NCBI GenBank assembly: GCA_964538435.1
Contig: CAZIDX010000001.1
Coordinates: 64,393 to 128,392 of the forward strand
Source of the DNA: an uncultured Gammaproteobacteria bacterium
GTDB taxonomy: Bacteria; Patescibacteriota; Patescibacteriia; UBA9934; GWF2-40-263
DNA: 64,000 nucleotides
Direction of reading: 5' to 3'
Shown: piece after piece, positions 8,950 through 17,837 of the stretch
Layout: each line of letters begins with the position of its first letter
How positions within the stretch are numbered: the stretch's first letter is position 1
Position numbers and translations under genes: made by a program
Notes under the pieces: generated by a model
The model's database searches: none
What the model was told of the DNA's origin: nothing
Seen by the model: the letters and a program-made list of their open reading frames with translations, nothing else

Positions 8950-11900
8950 CTAGATTGCGTGCTCTGCTATGTATTCTTTCAGAGCATTTGCCATCTTCTC
9001 GTATCCTTCACCTGTCATGTTATCGATGAAGTTGTCGTGTGTGCCAGACTTAAGATCTATTCCTGGGTCAATGATTGGATACGCCGCACGGAATTCACTA
9101 AACGGCATCAGATCCTCGCCATTACTGAATGCGGTTTCCACAAAACTCTGTGCGGCAGTAAGAAAATCTCCACCATTTGAGAGAATCCAGTTCTCTACAC
9201 CAATCCCTCCAAGACCGCCCTGGCCATAGTCACCCTTTTTGTAGCAACCAGCTTCAGTAAGTGTCATTTTTGCAAACACAACATTTGTTACCGTCCTCTC
9301 AAAAGCTTCTTCCCCATACTTCTCGCGAATGACATTGAGTCGATCTTGCACACCAAAATGAGATGAGTATTCTTCGTGCTCAGACTTTTGAACGAATGCA
9401 ATATCGATCCCCACAGGAATATCCAAACCTGGAACCGAAATGTCTCCAAAACGGAGTTGAATATCATGGGATCCGTTATCTGTTCCACCCAGAGCCTCCA
9501 GTTTTACGATAAACGCATCAAGAAGCTCGTCTCTGCGAGCGTAATCTGCAGGATCAAGTCGGATTGCAAAGTCAAAGTCATAGTCCTTAGGTCGGTTTGT
9601 AAAGCGAGTGGATGACCCAGTCTCATGCAACTCCGCACCCGCTATAGTGGCTTCGTGATCCACCCTCCATTCAATTCCAAGGGATGTGAACGTATCTGCC
9701 ACAAGTGCACGCACAGTCTCACAAGCAACCCTTGTTGCTTCCTTGTCTTCTTGCTTTGCTCTAAGCAATTCCTCAACAGCGTTGTTGTGAAATTCATCTG
9801 CCTCTGCTCGTGCAAGATCAAATTCAGGCCCATTCAGACTCTCAATACCTGCAAGAAACTTCTCACGCATCTGGTCATATTGCTCAGGTGTAAACAAGAG
9901 CTCTCCATCAAGGTTTATGATCGGCATGTACCAACCATTCGTAGCAACATCAATTTGTAGACTCTGAAGATGGCTTTGATCAAATTCATCACCAAGCACC
10001 ACGGCATCAAACTCAGAAGAGGGGAGACCTACAGTCACACCCGTATGCCTTTCAGTTCCTTTTGTTGGCACCATTGAACCGTCGCGCCTAAGAGAGGTAA
10101 GTTGATCTGAAACCAGGAGCTCATATTTTCCTTCTCGTTTGCGAGCCTCTCTTCCAAACAAAGGCATCTGCTCACCATCATCACTTGTGCGGATAAACTG
10201 ACCTCTGTCCCTGCTGTAGAAGTACACAGGTCCATAGCCCTGAACCCACTCTTCTGCTTCACGAAGATCAGATCGAACTTCAACAAAGTCAGTATTAAAC
10301 GGGGTCATATCATTCTCGCTAGATGCTCCAAGAAACTCCATTGAAACAGAACCTCCTCTCAACACATTTCTGAAGAACTGCTCGTTAACCCCTTTAAACT
10401 GGTCTCCGCTCTGAGGCGTAAATTCACCTGAGCGAATTTCTTCTGCTAAAGCCCTACCACGCTCGTTAGCACCTGCCTTCACCTGATCCATCCGATCAAG
10501 AACTTGATCGACCGATTCATACCCAACAGGCTTTGCAAACATTTCCTCGTACCTATCAACCAAACTCTGCCCCTCTTTAACCTGCATGCTCTCCAAAAGT
10601 TGCTTGAAGGTTGTGGCAAGGCCTTCCTCATTCATTGTAAATGGTTCTTCGTCAATTTTTCCAAGCATGGACACCTCATGAGCTGTAGACATCTTTTCGC
10701 AGAAACGAGAAAACCTCTTCTGTTCCTCTTCATTCATGCCCTCAAGTCCGACTTGTTCAAATTTTTGAATAACATCCCGAGCATCTCGTATACTTTCAAG
10801 ATAGGTTCTTAGAGAGTCGTTGTTTGATTCAATATTTACACGTGTGAGCTCTCGATAAGCAACCATTCTCATGCCCCTGGTGCTCACATCTTCAAGTGAA
10901 ACAACGGGGCCATCATCAAGACGTCTATCTAGAGTGCTCTGATCACGAAGATAGATTATTTCAAAGACTTTCAGGTGTTTTCCAAACTCAGGAAGATTGT
11001 TGCGAACAAAAATTGCTTCAATCTCTTCAACAGTCTCAAGGGGTTTTTCTGTTCTGTGAATAGCTGCTATGACAGAGTCTTTTACCTTTTGAAGTGAAGC
11101 CGAAGGTGATTGTTCAATTCGTGCATAAGCTTCAAAAAGATCAGGTCGAACACCCTCAGCCTCAAAGTGCTCACGATGAAACATGATCTGCTGGAATCGG
11201 CCTTTCTCTAGCGCGGAATCTATAAGCGCGTTGTAATCAATCTTCACCCCAGCTTGATCAAAGAGCCCTCCATATCCAAGAAGCACCTCTGTCCCAGCCT
11301 TCTGAGTAAGGGAATCAGCAAGCGCCTGCACTCCAACTTGATCTATGAAATCAGCATGATACTTCAAAAGTTGAGTGAATGCATACACACCATCACTTGT
11401 TGTTGGGTCTACATGCACCTTCACCGTCTCAACGATCTGCTGAACATCATCTTTAGATAATTCAAAGTTTGGACCTTGAAAAGCATTCTTCTCCACAAGA
11501 ATCCCAATCAGTTCTGTGTGAGTATCGATCCTTCCTATCAGAAGATCTTTAATTTGATTGCGCAATTCCGGATCAAGCAGCTCAAGAAAATCTGGATCAA
11601 TTATTCGTTGAACCTCTTTCACATTTCCATACTCAGCAGCTGTAAGTGCATAACGCTGTCTTGTTTCCGGATTCAGATCAACAGCATCAAAAGTGTGCAT
11701 TTCATACACAAGTGTGACTTCATCTTGTTCAAGAAGTCTCTGCGCAAACTCATCAGCTCTTTCCCCGGAGAAGGTGGCCAAGTAAAACGGCTCTCTGGTT
11801 AACATCCATGCTCTGCTGTCCCTGAACTTATCTCGGTCAAGCCACTCAGCTCCCTCAACATCTGCATGGTCTTTCAGTTTCAATACAATATCTGCAGTGT

Positions 11901-13161
11901 CACCTGCTGATAATTCTCGAAATTGGATCATTTTTTGAACGTTTTCAAGAAGAGGAGGACCAACTTCTGGAATTGCAAGAGCTTCTGGTTTTGATTCACA
12001 AAAGGCAATAGCGAAAGCCTTGATATGTTCTTTTGTCCTCAGTGCTGATGTCTTGAGAACAAGAGGGTTTCCATGTGAAAGAGCGATCTGCACTTCATCT
12101 TCAAGAGTGATGCTTGCCGGTCGCACGGATGATTCGTAGATATAAAGAGAGTTGATTGGAGCATCCTCCTCGGCAACAGCAGCAAGTTCATTCAAAGCGT
12201 TTATTCTTGTTTCTCTATCAAAGTCAGCATTCGTTCCAAGCATAAGAATCAACCCGGGAAGACCATGCTCAAATGCAGATGTTGCGAGCATTTCTTTTTG
12301 CTGCGCACTCATCTTTACATCACGGCCACGGTCGTCATAGACAGCTTCTCTCAATTCGTCTGGGCTCAATGCCATAAGCTTCTCAAGCATGCTCTGCCTT
12401 GCCTCATCAGAAGCATGTTCAAATACAACAGGATTGAGAAAATCGCCCTTCTCACCAATCCATTCTCCCTTTTCATTGTCAAAACAAAGCGCAGCTTTCA
12501 ATTCGCTTTGAAGAGCGGTCCTTCCTACGAACACATGATCAAGACGAAGTTTCGATGCGCAAAATTCACGCATGCCCGATGCAAGAGGATCGCCTTGATC
12601 CATGTCAACCACACGTTTGAAAAATCGTTCCTGCTGATCTGATGTGAGCGCAAGACCGTCAAAGTGATGTCTTACTTGGGGAAGATTGTGGTCCACCAAA
12701 GTATCAATAAGCTTATCGTGAGTCTCAGGCGTTAAAGCGTTTCCATCAATCAAGCTTAAAAACTCGCCTGCACTGCTTGGATCCTTGGCAATGGCATCAA
12801 CAAACATCTTGACTTGCTTGTAGTCAGGCTTCTCTCCAGACACAGACAATCTGTGTGCAATCTTCTTTGGATCACCAAGCCCGATTGTTTCCAGCATCTG
12901 GTCCATTGCTTCTTCGGCTCTCTGCGCAAGACTAGCGAGCTTCTCTCGCAGTGTCTCGTCAGGTTCCTCTCCAAGGTTTTCTGCTATCTCAGATGTCATC
13001 TGTTCTCCGCTTGCAACAAAATCTTCCACATGGCCTTCAGCCTGCTCTGCAAGTTCACCAGGGACTGGCTCATACCGATCATCCAGCTCCTCATTAGACA
13101 ATGGTTCAGACTCAGCACCTGCTTTCTGGTTGTCGCGTTTGTCCTCTCTATTCATTGTCAT
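8950..13161 (-). CDS. Giant (~1400 aa) acidic helical protein with C-terminal Pol-beta-superfamily nucleotidyltransferase domain
   Basis: ETGSSTRFTNRPKDYDFDF (GS...DxD), third Asp in GIDIAF, GGLGGIGVENWIL; start uncertain among 13170, 13161 and 13155. Confidence 0.8.
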   Translation of the reverse strand: MTMNREDKRDNQKAGAESEPLSNEELDDRYEPVPGELAEQAEGHVEDFVASGEQMTSEIAENLGEEPDETLREKLASLAQRAEEAMDQMLETIGLGDPKKIAHRLSVSGEKPDYKQVKMFVDAIAKDPSSAGEFLSLIDGNALTPETHDKLIDTLVDHNLPQVRHHFDGLALTSDQQERFFKRVVDMDQGDPLASGMREFCASKLRLDHVFVGRTALQSELKAALCFDNEKGEWIGEKGDFLNPVVFEHASDEARQSMLEKLMALSPDELREAVYDDRGRDVKMSAQQKEMLATSAFEHGLPGLILMLGTNADFDRETRINALNELAAVAEEDAPINSLYIYESSVRPASITLEDEVQIALSHGNPLVLKTSALRTKEHIKAFAIAFCESKPEALAIPEVGPPLLENVQKMIQFRELSAGDTADIVLKLKDHADVEGAEWLDRDKFRDSRAWMLTREPFYLATFSGERADEFAQRLLEQDEVTLVYEMHTFDAVDLNPETRQRYALTAAEYGNVKEVQRIIDPDFLELLDPELRNQIKDLLIGRIDTHTELIGILVEKNAFQGPNFELSKDDVQQIVETVKVHVDPTTSDGVYAFTQLLKYHADFIDQVGVQALADSLTQKAGTEVLLGYGGLFDQAGVKIDYNALIDSALEKGRFQQIMFHREHFEAEGVRPDLFEAYARIEQSPSASLQKVKDSVIAAIHRTEKPLETVEEIEAIFVRNNLPEFGKHLKVFEIIYLRDQSTLDRRLDDGPVVSLEDVSTRGMRMVAYRELTRVNIESNNDSLRTYLESIRDARDVIQKFEQVGLEGMNEEEQKRFSRFCEKMSTAHEVSMLGKIDEEPFTMNEEGLATTFKQLLESMQVKEGQSLVDRYEEMFAKPVGYESVDQVLDRMDQVKAGANERGRALAEEIRSGEFTPQSGDQFKGVNEQFFRNVLRGGSVSMEFLGASSENDMTPFNTDFVEVRSDLREAEEWVQGYGPVYFYSRDRGQFIRTSDDGEQMPLFGREARKREGKYELLVSDQLTSLRRDGSMVPTKGTERHTGVTVGLPSSEFDAVVLGDEFDQSHLQSLQIDVATNGWYMPIINLDGELLFTPEQYDQMREKFLAGIESLNGPEFDLARAEADEFHNNAVEELLRAKQEDKEATRVACETVRALVADTFTSLGIEWRVDHEATIAGAELHETGSSTRFTNRPKDYDFDFAIRLDPADYARRDELLDAFIVKLEALGGTDNGSHDIQLRFGDISVPGLDIPVGIDIAFVQKSEHEEYSSHFGVQDRLNVIREKYGEEAFERTVTNVVFAKMTLTEAGCYKKGDYGQGGLGGIGVENWILSNGGDFLTAAQSFVETAFSNGEDLMPFSEFRAAYPIIDPGIDLKSGTHDNFIDNMTGEGYEKMANALKEYIAEHAI

Positions 13162-13318
13162 ATTCCTCATCGGTTAACATGCATTTCACTTTTCGGGCAG
13201 CAACATCACTAATGCGCCTTTCAAACATAGAAAGCGCCTTGAGCTGCTCGTGCTTCAGTTCTTTCATGGTCGCTTGAAACTCATCCCAAGCCTCTTGGAT
13301 TTCTTTTTGTGTAGCCAT
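13148..13318 (-). CDS. Small helical protein (56 aa), absent from the ORF track, overlapping the start of the giant gene
   Basis: MATQKEIQEAWDEFQATMKELKHEQLKALSMFERRISDVAARKVKCMLTDEEYDNE*; TAAAAT -10 box 12 nt upstream. Confidence 0.65.
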   Translation of the reverse strand: MATQKEIQEAWDEFQATMKELKHEQLKALSMFERRISDVAARKVKCMLTDEEYDNE

Positions 13319-13352
13319 ATTATTGCTTCAATTTTACACGAAAACACACCAA

Positions 13353-13385
13353 AATAGAAACACCCGTCAGGTCAAAACCGACGGG
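13353..13385 (-). terminator. Hairpin with TTTCTATT tail (unit 2)
   Basis: Sense strand: TAG CCCGTC-GGTTTTGACCT-GACGGG TGTTTCTATTTTGG. Confidence 0.65.
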
Positions 13386-14699
13386 CTAGTTGGGGAGACG
13401 AATCTGGGCGACCAGACCGTCTGAGACAAGCTCGAGATCCATTGGACCCTTCCTTAGAAGCGCCAGGAGCCGGGCGTGTTGTTCGTCGCGAAGTCCGATG
13501 AGGACACAGTTATGGATCAGTTCCTGCTCGGCCTTAATGTTGTCGATCCTGCGCTGGATGGCACTGTGTGAGCTGTTACGCGTGATCGCGTTACACGTGA
13601 TCTGGCCCACTGCACCAAGACGGTAAAGAGTCAGCATCTGCATCGGGCCCCAATCCAAGTGAGGTTGCTCTTCCCATACAAAGATCGAAGTACCGTTCAG
13701 GAACGCTTCGTCAACATCCAGGTCGATCTCATCATCAACTGACGACTGCATCCACGTGCTCATGAGCCACTGGTTCTCAGTAGACGAGAGAATGCGTGCC
13801 TGACCCTTGTGTACAAAAGCACCGCTGATGGCTGCACTTGTTGCAATGAGGGTTGCATTCGATGACTCTGGCATTTCCTCGCGCATCTGCATGCGCCCAG
13901 GAGTTGGTCGGATCTGCACCAAGTGCCAATCATCAGGCTGATCAGGGTGAATCACGAGTTCGAGCTGAACACCGAACTTGGATCCGATCCCATTCTCAAT
14001 CACACGAGGAAGTTCTTGCGCAAGATCGGACCAGGGCAGGGTAACAGGATTCTCAACCAGCACCTCACCTCGTTGGAGCTCGACAAGAGTATTCCCATCT
14101 GTGTCCAGTACGGTAGTAGGCCCCTCATGATCCATGGTTGCACTTGTAAACTTTCGGATACCGCTCGGGCAAAATTCTCGTCCGCAGGAAATACGGACGA
14201 CAACCTGCTCGAGGATATCGCTCCATGCGATATCAACCACCACCCCAACACCCGTCACATGCTGTTGCAGTACGATGGGGATGCGGGCATGGATCGATTC
14301 GATGAGCTGGCCGCGCAGATTCGGAATCTTAACCTTGTGGGAAGGGTGAACGCCGCTGTCAGCCGAGAGCCAGTCTTCGTCATGTGCACTGCTGCGCACA
14401 ATGAGAACTTCGTTTTGGTCCTGCGCCCACGGGATACCAGCAATGAACTGGCCCATGTCCTGATGCATGACTTCAGAAAGTTGGATCCAACGCCACTTGG
14501 GCACCGAGATCTTGTCAGAGAGTCGCGCAATTCGCTTGCACAGCTCCAGTCCAAATGCTTTGCCCCCACCTGTCATCAGCGTAGTGACAAGCTGTAGATG
14601 ATCATCTGGATCCAGATGCTCAAATGCAGGATCCATCACAACAGCGCCTGCGCGCCGGTGGCCGTAAACCCAGCCACATGGGTCGAACTTCTTGTTCAT
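13386..14699 (-). CDS. Divergent PEP/pyruvate-binding (PPDK/PEP-synthase N-terminal ATP-grasp-like) domain protein; GC-rich unit 2
   Basis: LIVRSSAHDED, IVLQQHV, QLELV...WHLVQIRP; SD GGAGG 5 nt before ATG; TTGACA at 14746-14741. Confidence 0.65.
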   Translation of the reverse strand: MNKKFDPCGWVYGHRRAGAVVMDPAFEHLDPDDHLQLVTTLMTGGGKAFGLELCKRIARLSDKISVPKWRWIQLSEVMHQDMGQFIAGIPWAQDQNEVLIVRSSAHDEDWLSADSGVHPSHKVKIPNLRGQLIESIHARIPIVLQQHVTGVGVVVDIAWSDILEQVVVRISCGREFCPSGIRKFTSATMDHEGPTTVLDTDGNTLVELQRGEVLVENPVTLPWSDLAQELPRVIENGIGSKFGVQLELVIHPDQPDDWHLVQIRPTPGRMQMREEMPESSNATLIATSAAISGAFVHKGQARILSSTENQWLMSTWMQSSVDDEIDLDVDEAFLNGTSIFVWEEQPHLDWGPMQMLTLYRLGAVGQITCNAITRNSSHSAIQRRIDNIKAEQELIHNCVLIGLRDEQHARLLALLRKGPMDLELVSDGLVAQIRLPN

Positions 14700-14830
14700 T
14701 TGTCCCTCCAGAGAACAATACTCCTAAATTCTAAGGTTTTTGTCAATTATTCAATACATATATGCACTTGCGAATAAGCACAAAATCCCTTACACTGTGG
14801 CCGTTATTCGCATCAGAAACATGATTTTGT

Positions 14831-16885
14831 ATGCAAACTTGGAAAGTGAAGAAAAAGAACGAAAAAAAGCCAAAGAAGACAACAGGCGTGAAAATCGCCG
14901 CAATTTTACTTCTTTTGTCTACATTCGTTTTCGCGGGATATGACTTCCCGGGTGTATGGAATGGAGCAGCTCACTCTGTTGAGTCAGCAACAGGTTGGCT
15001 TCCACCAACACTAGAGGAGGAGGATTTCCGGCTCGGTCTTGATCTGCAAGGTGGAACACATCTCATCTATGAAGCAGACATGGCAGAGATCCCGGAAGAC
15101 GATCGTCTTGAAGCCCTTGAGGGAGTAAAGGATGTTATTGAGCGTCGTGTGAACGCGTTTGGTGTGTCTGAGCCTGTTGTGCAAACAACAACCACAGGTG
15201 GCACCTATCGTGTCATCATCGAACTCGCTGGAGTTCTTGATGTAAACGAGGCTATCTCACTTATTGGTGAGACCCCAGTACTTGAGTTCAAAGAGCCGGG
15301 TCAAGAGCTTGAACGTGATCCAACAGAAGAAGAATTAGCTCAAGTGGAAACAGCAAACGAAACCGAACGTGCAGATGCACAAGCTGTGCTTAGTCGCGCG
15401 CTGGCATACGAAGATTTTGATGCACTCGTGAGCGAGTTTAGTATCGAAGTTGACAAAGAGGAGCGAAAAGGTGTGATTGAAGGAATCACAGGAGACTCCC
15501 ACTTCTCTGATTTTCTGATTCTCGCAGAAGAGAACTACATGTGGGACGGACAGGTTCACAGTAGTCTGCATGAGACTGAAGATGGTATTAACATTTTCAA
15601 GCTGGTTGAAACAACCGAGCAGGCTCAAATGGAGCTTTCTCACATTTTGGTTTGTTACGAAGGGGCAATAGGATGTGAAACCGGACTTCCACAAATCGAA
15701 GCTCACACACAGATGAGTAGTCTCAAAGATGAGCTTACGGTTGAGAACTTTGCTGAAAAAGCCATGGAGTATTCAACCGGTCCTTCAGGGCCGATTGGAG
15801 GATCTCTTGGCTGGGCATCAGCTGACATGTTCGTAACACCATTTGCTGTTGCAGCAACCGCGCTCGAAGTTGGTGGGATCTCAGACGTGATTGAGACAGA
15901 ATTTGGTTACCACATCATCTACAAAACATCAGAGCGATCTACGCCGGCATACACAATTCAGCGAATCGTAATGCCGCTTACAGATATCTATGACGTGATC
16001 CCAGAAGTTTCACCATGGGAGAACACCGAGCTTTCTGGAAAGTACCTTGAGCGTGCTGGTGTGGAATTTGATATGAACACAGGAATGCCATACGTGGCAC
16101 TCAACTTTAACAGCGAAGGTGGAGACTTGTTTGGGGAGCTGACAGAAGCGCATGTTGGAGAGCCAATTGCGATCTTCCTCGATGGACAACCAATCTCAAC
16201 ACCAACAGTTCAGCAGGCAATCTACGGAGGAAAGGCGATTATCACTGGAGATTTCACAGTAGACGAGGCAAAGCTCTTGGCTCAGCGTCTAAACGCAGGT
16301 GCGCTTCCAGTTCCTGTAAACCTGCTCTCACAACAGACAATTGGACCAACACTGGGTGCCATCTCACTTGAAAAGAGCATCAATGCAGCGCTATTTGGCT
16401 TCCTGCTCGTGGCAATCTACATGGTTGCCATGTACCGACTTCCAGGCCTAGTTGCTGTTGCTGCGCTCCTCATGTTCGCATTCCTCAACATGGCTGCGTA
16501 CCGACTCTTTGATGTGACAATCACACTGGCTGGAATCGCTGGACTTGTTCTTTCACTCGGAATTGCTGTTGATGCAAACGTGCTCATTATCGAGCGTCTC
16601 AAAGAAGAGTTTGCCTCAGGTCGAGATTTTGTCTCATCACTTGACGAAGCTTTTGCTCGCGCCTGGACAGCTATTCGAGACGGAAACATCACAACACTCA
16701 TTGCTGCTGGAGTTCTATACTGGTTTAGCTCAAGCTTTATCCGAGGGTTCGCACTCACGCTATCAATTGGTGTGATCCTCTCAATGTTCACAGCAATTAC
16801 GGTTACACGCGTATACCTCAAATCCCTCTTGGATTGGAAGGCAATTCGCAAACCAGCCTTATTCGGGTTAAAGAAACGAGACTAA
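14831..16885 (+). CDS. secD: Protein translocase subunit SecD with inserted parvulin (PpiC-type) PPIase module(s)
   Basis: LGLDLQGG, RRVNAFGVSEP, AGALPVP, IAVDANVLI, AIRDGNITT; insert SHILV...GGSLGW...ISDVIETEFGYHII. Confidence 0.93.
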   Translation: MQTWKVKKKNEKKPKKTTGVKIAAILLLLSTFVFAGYDFPGVWNGAAHSVESATGWLPPTLEEEDFRLGLDLQGGTHLIYEADMAEIPEDDRLEALEGVKDVIERRVNAFGVSEPVVQTTTTGGTYRVIIELAGVLDVNEAISLIGETPVLEFKEPGQELERDPTEEELAQVETANETERADAQAVLSRALAYEDFDALVSEFSIEVDKEERKGVIEGITGDSHFSDFLILAEENYMWDGQVHSSLHETEDGINIFKLVETTEQAQMELSHILVCYEGAIGCETGLPQIEAHTQMSSLKDELTVENFAEKAMEYSTGPSGPIGGSLGWASADMFVTPFAVAATALEVGGISDVIETEFGYHIIYKTSERSTPAYTIQRIVMPLTDIYDVIPEVSPWENTELSGKYLERAGVEFDMNTGMPYVALNFNSEGGDLFGELTEAHVGEPIAIFLDGQPISTPTVQQAIYGGKAIITGDFTVDEAKLLAQRLNAGALPVPVNLLSQQTIGPTLGAISLEKSINAALFGFLLVAIYMVAMYRLPGLVAVAALLMFAFLNMAAYRLFDVTITLAGIAGLVLSLGIAVDANVLIIERLKEEFASGRDFVSSLDEAFARAWTAIRDGNITTLIAAGVLYWFSSSFIRGFALTLSIGVILSMFTAITVTRVYLKSLLDWKAIRKPALFGLKKRD

Positions 16886-16886
16886 T

Positions 16887-17777
16887 ATGCGTATGAACAT
16901 CGTAGAAAACCGCAAAAAGTGGTTCGTTCTATCAGGCGTCTTCGTTGCTGGAAGCATCATTGTTGTCACGCTGCTAGGACTCAGATTCGGAATCGACTTT
17001 ACTGGCGGAAGCTTGCTCGAGGTTGAATTTGAAGCCGCACCAGTTGTTGATGAGGTTCGAAGCACGCTAGCATCAGCGGGGTATACAGACGTAGCCGTGC
17101 AGACAACGGGAGAGCATGGTGTCATTATTCGAACAGACAGTCTTTCAGAAGACGAGCATCAAACAATCCTCACATCGCTTTCAGAGGCGCATGGAGAAGT
17201 TGAGGAGATGCGTTTTGACTCCATTGGGCCAGTGATCGGTGACGAGCTTCGCAGAACTGCGCTCATGGGGGTGGCACTCACACTGCTTCTCATCGGACTC
17301 TATGTCGCATGGGCATTCCGCAAGGTTACTGAACCTGTTGCTTCGTGGAAGTATGGAGCCCTCACAATCATGACAGCATTCCATGACGTAATCATCACGG
17401 TTGGTGCGTTCTCTCTCCTTGGTTACTTCTTTGGGTGGGAGATTGGGACAGCCTTCGTGGCGGCAACGCTAACCATTCTAGGTTACTCAATCAACGACAC
17501 AGTTGTAGTTTTTGACAGGACGCGAGAAAACCTCCTTCGCCGTGCCGCAGATACATTCGAAGACACCGTTGAAATGAGCATCAAGGAAACACTCATGCGC
17601 TCACTCAACACATCTGTCACCACATTACTTGCGCTAGCTGCGATCTTCCTTTTCGGAGGTGATAGCACGCAACCCTTCGCACTCGCGCTCATAATTGGAA
17701 TCGCGATCGGTACCTACTCGTCACTATTTCTGGCAAGTCCAGCTCTGGTCGAGTGGGAGCTCGCAGGCAAAAAATAA
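16887..17777 (+). CDS. secF: Protein translocase subunit SecF
   Basis: GIDFTGGS, HDVII, GYSINDTVVVFDRTRE, GTYSSLFLA. Confidence 0.95.
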   Translation: MRMNIVENRKKWFVLSGVFVAGSIIVVTLLGLRFGIDFTGGSLLEVEFEAAPVVDEVRSTLASAGYTDVAVQTTGEHGVIIRTDSLSEDEHQTILTSLSEAHGEVEEMRFDSIGPVIGDELRRTALMGVALTLLLIGLYVAWAFRKVTEPVASWKYGALTIMTAFHDVIITVGAFSLLGYFFGWEIGTAFVAATLTILGYSINDTVVVFDRTRENLLRRAADTFEDTVEMSIKETLMRSLNTSVTTLLALAAIFLFGGDSTQPFALALIIGIAIGTYSSLFLASPALVEWELAGKK

Positions 17778-17786
17778 TATCTGGAT

Positions 17787-17814
17787 AAAAAACTGGGTTT
17801 CGACCCAGTTTTTT
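17787..17814. terminator. Terminator after secF
   Basis: AAAAAACTGGGT-TTCG-ACCCAGTTTTTT. Confidence 0.75.
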
Positions 17815-17837
17815 GATATACTTGTCTTATCAATCCC

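Noticed and set aside
8950-13161. Canonical CBASS operon
   Set aside because: The NTase motif is present, but no adjacent Cap2/Cap3 or effector genes, and the architecture differs from typical CD-NTases.
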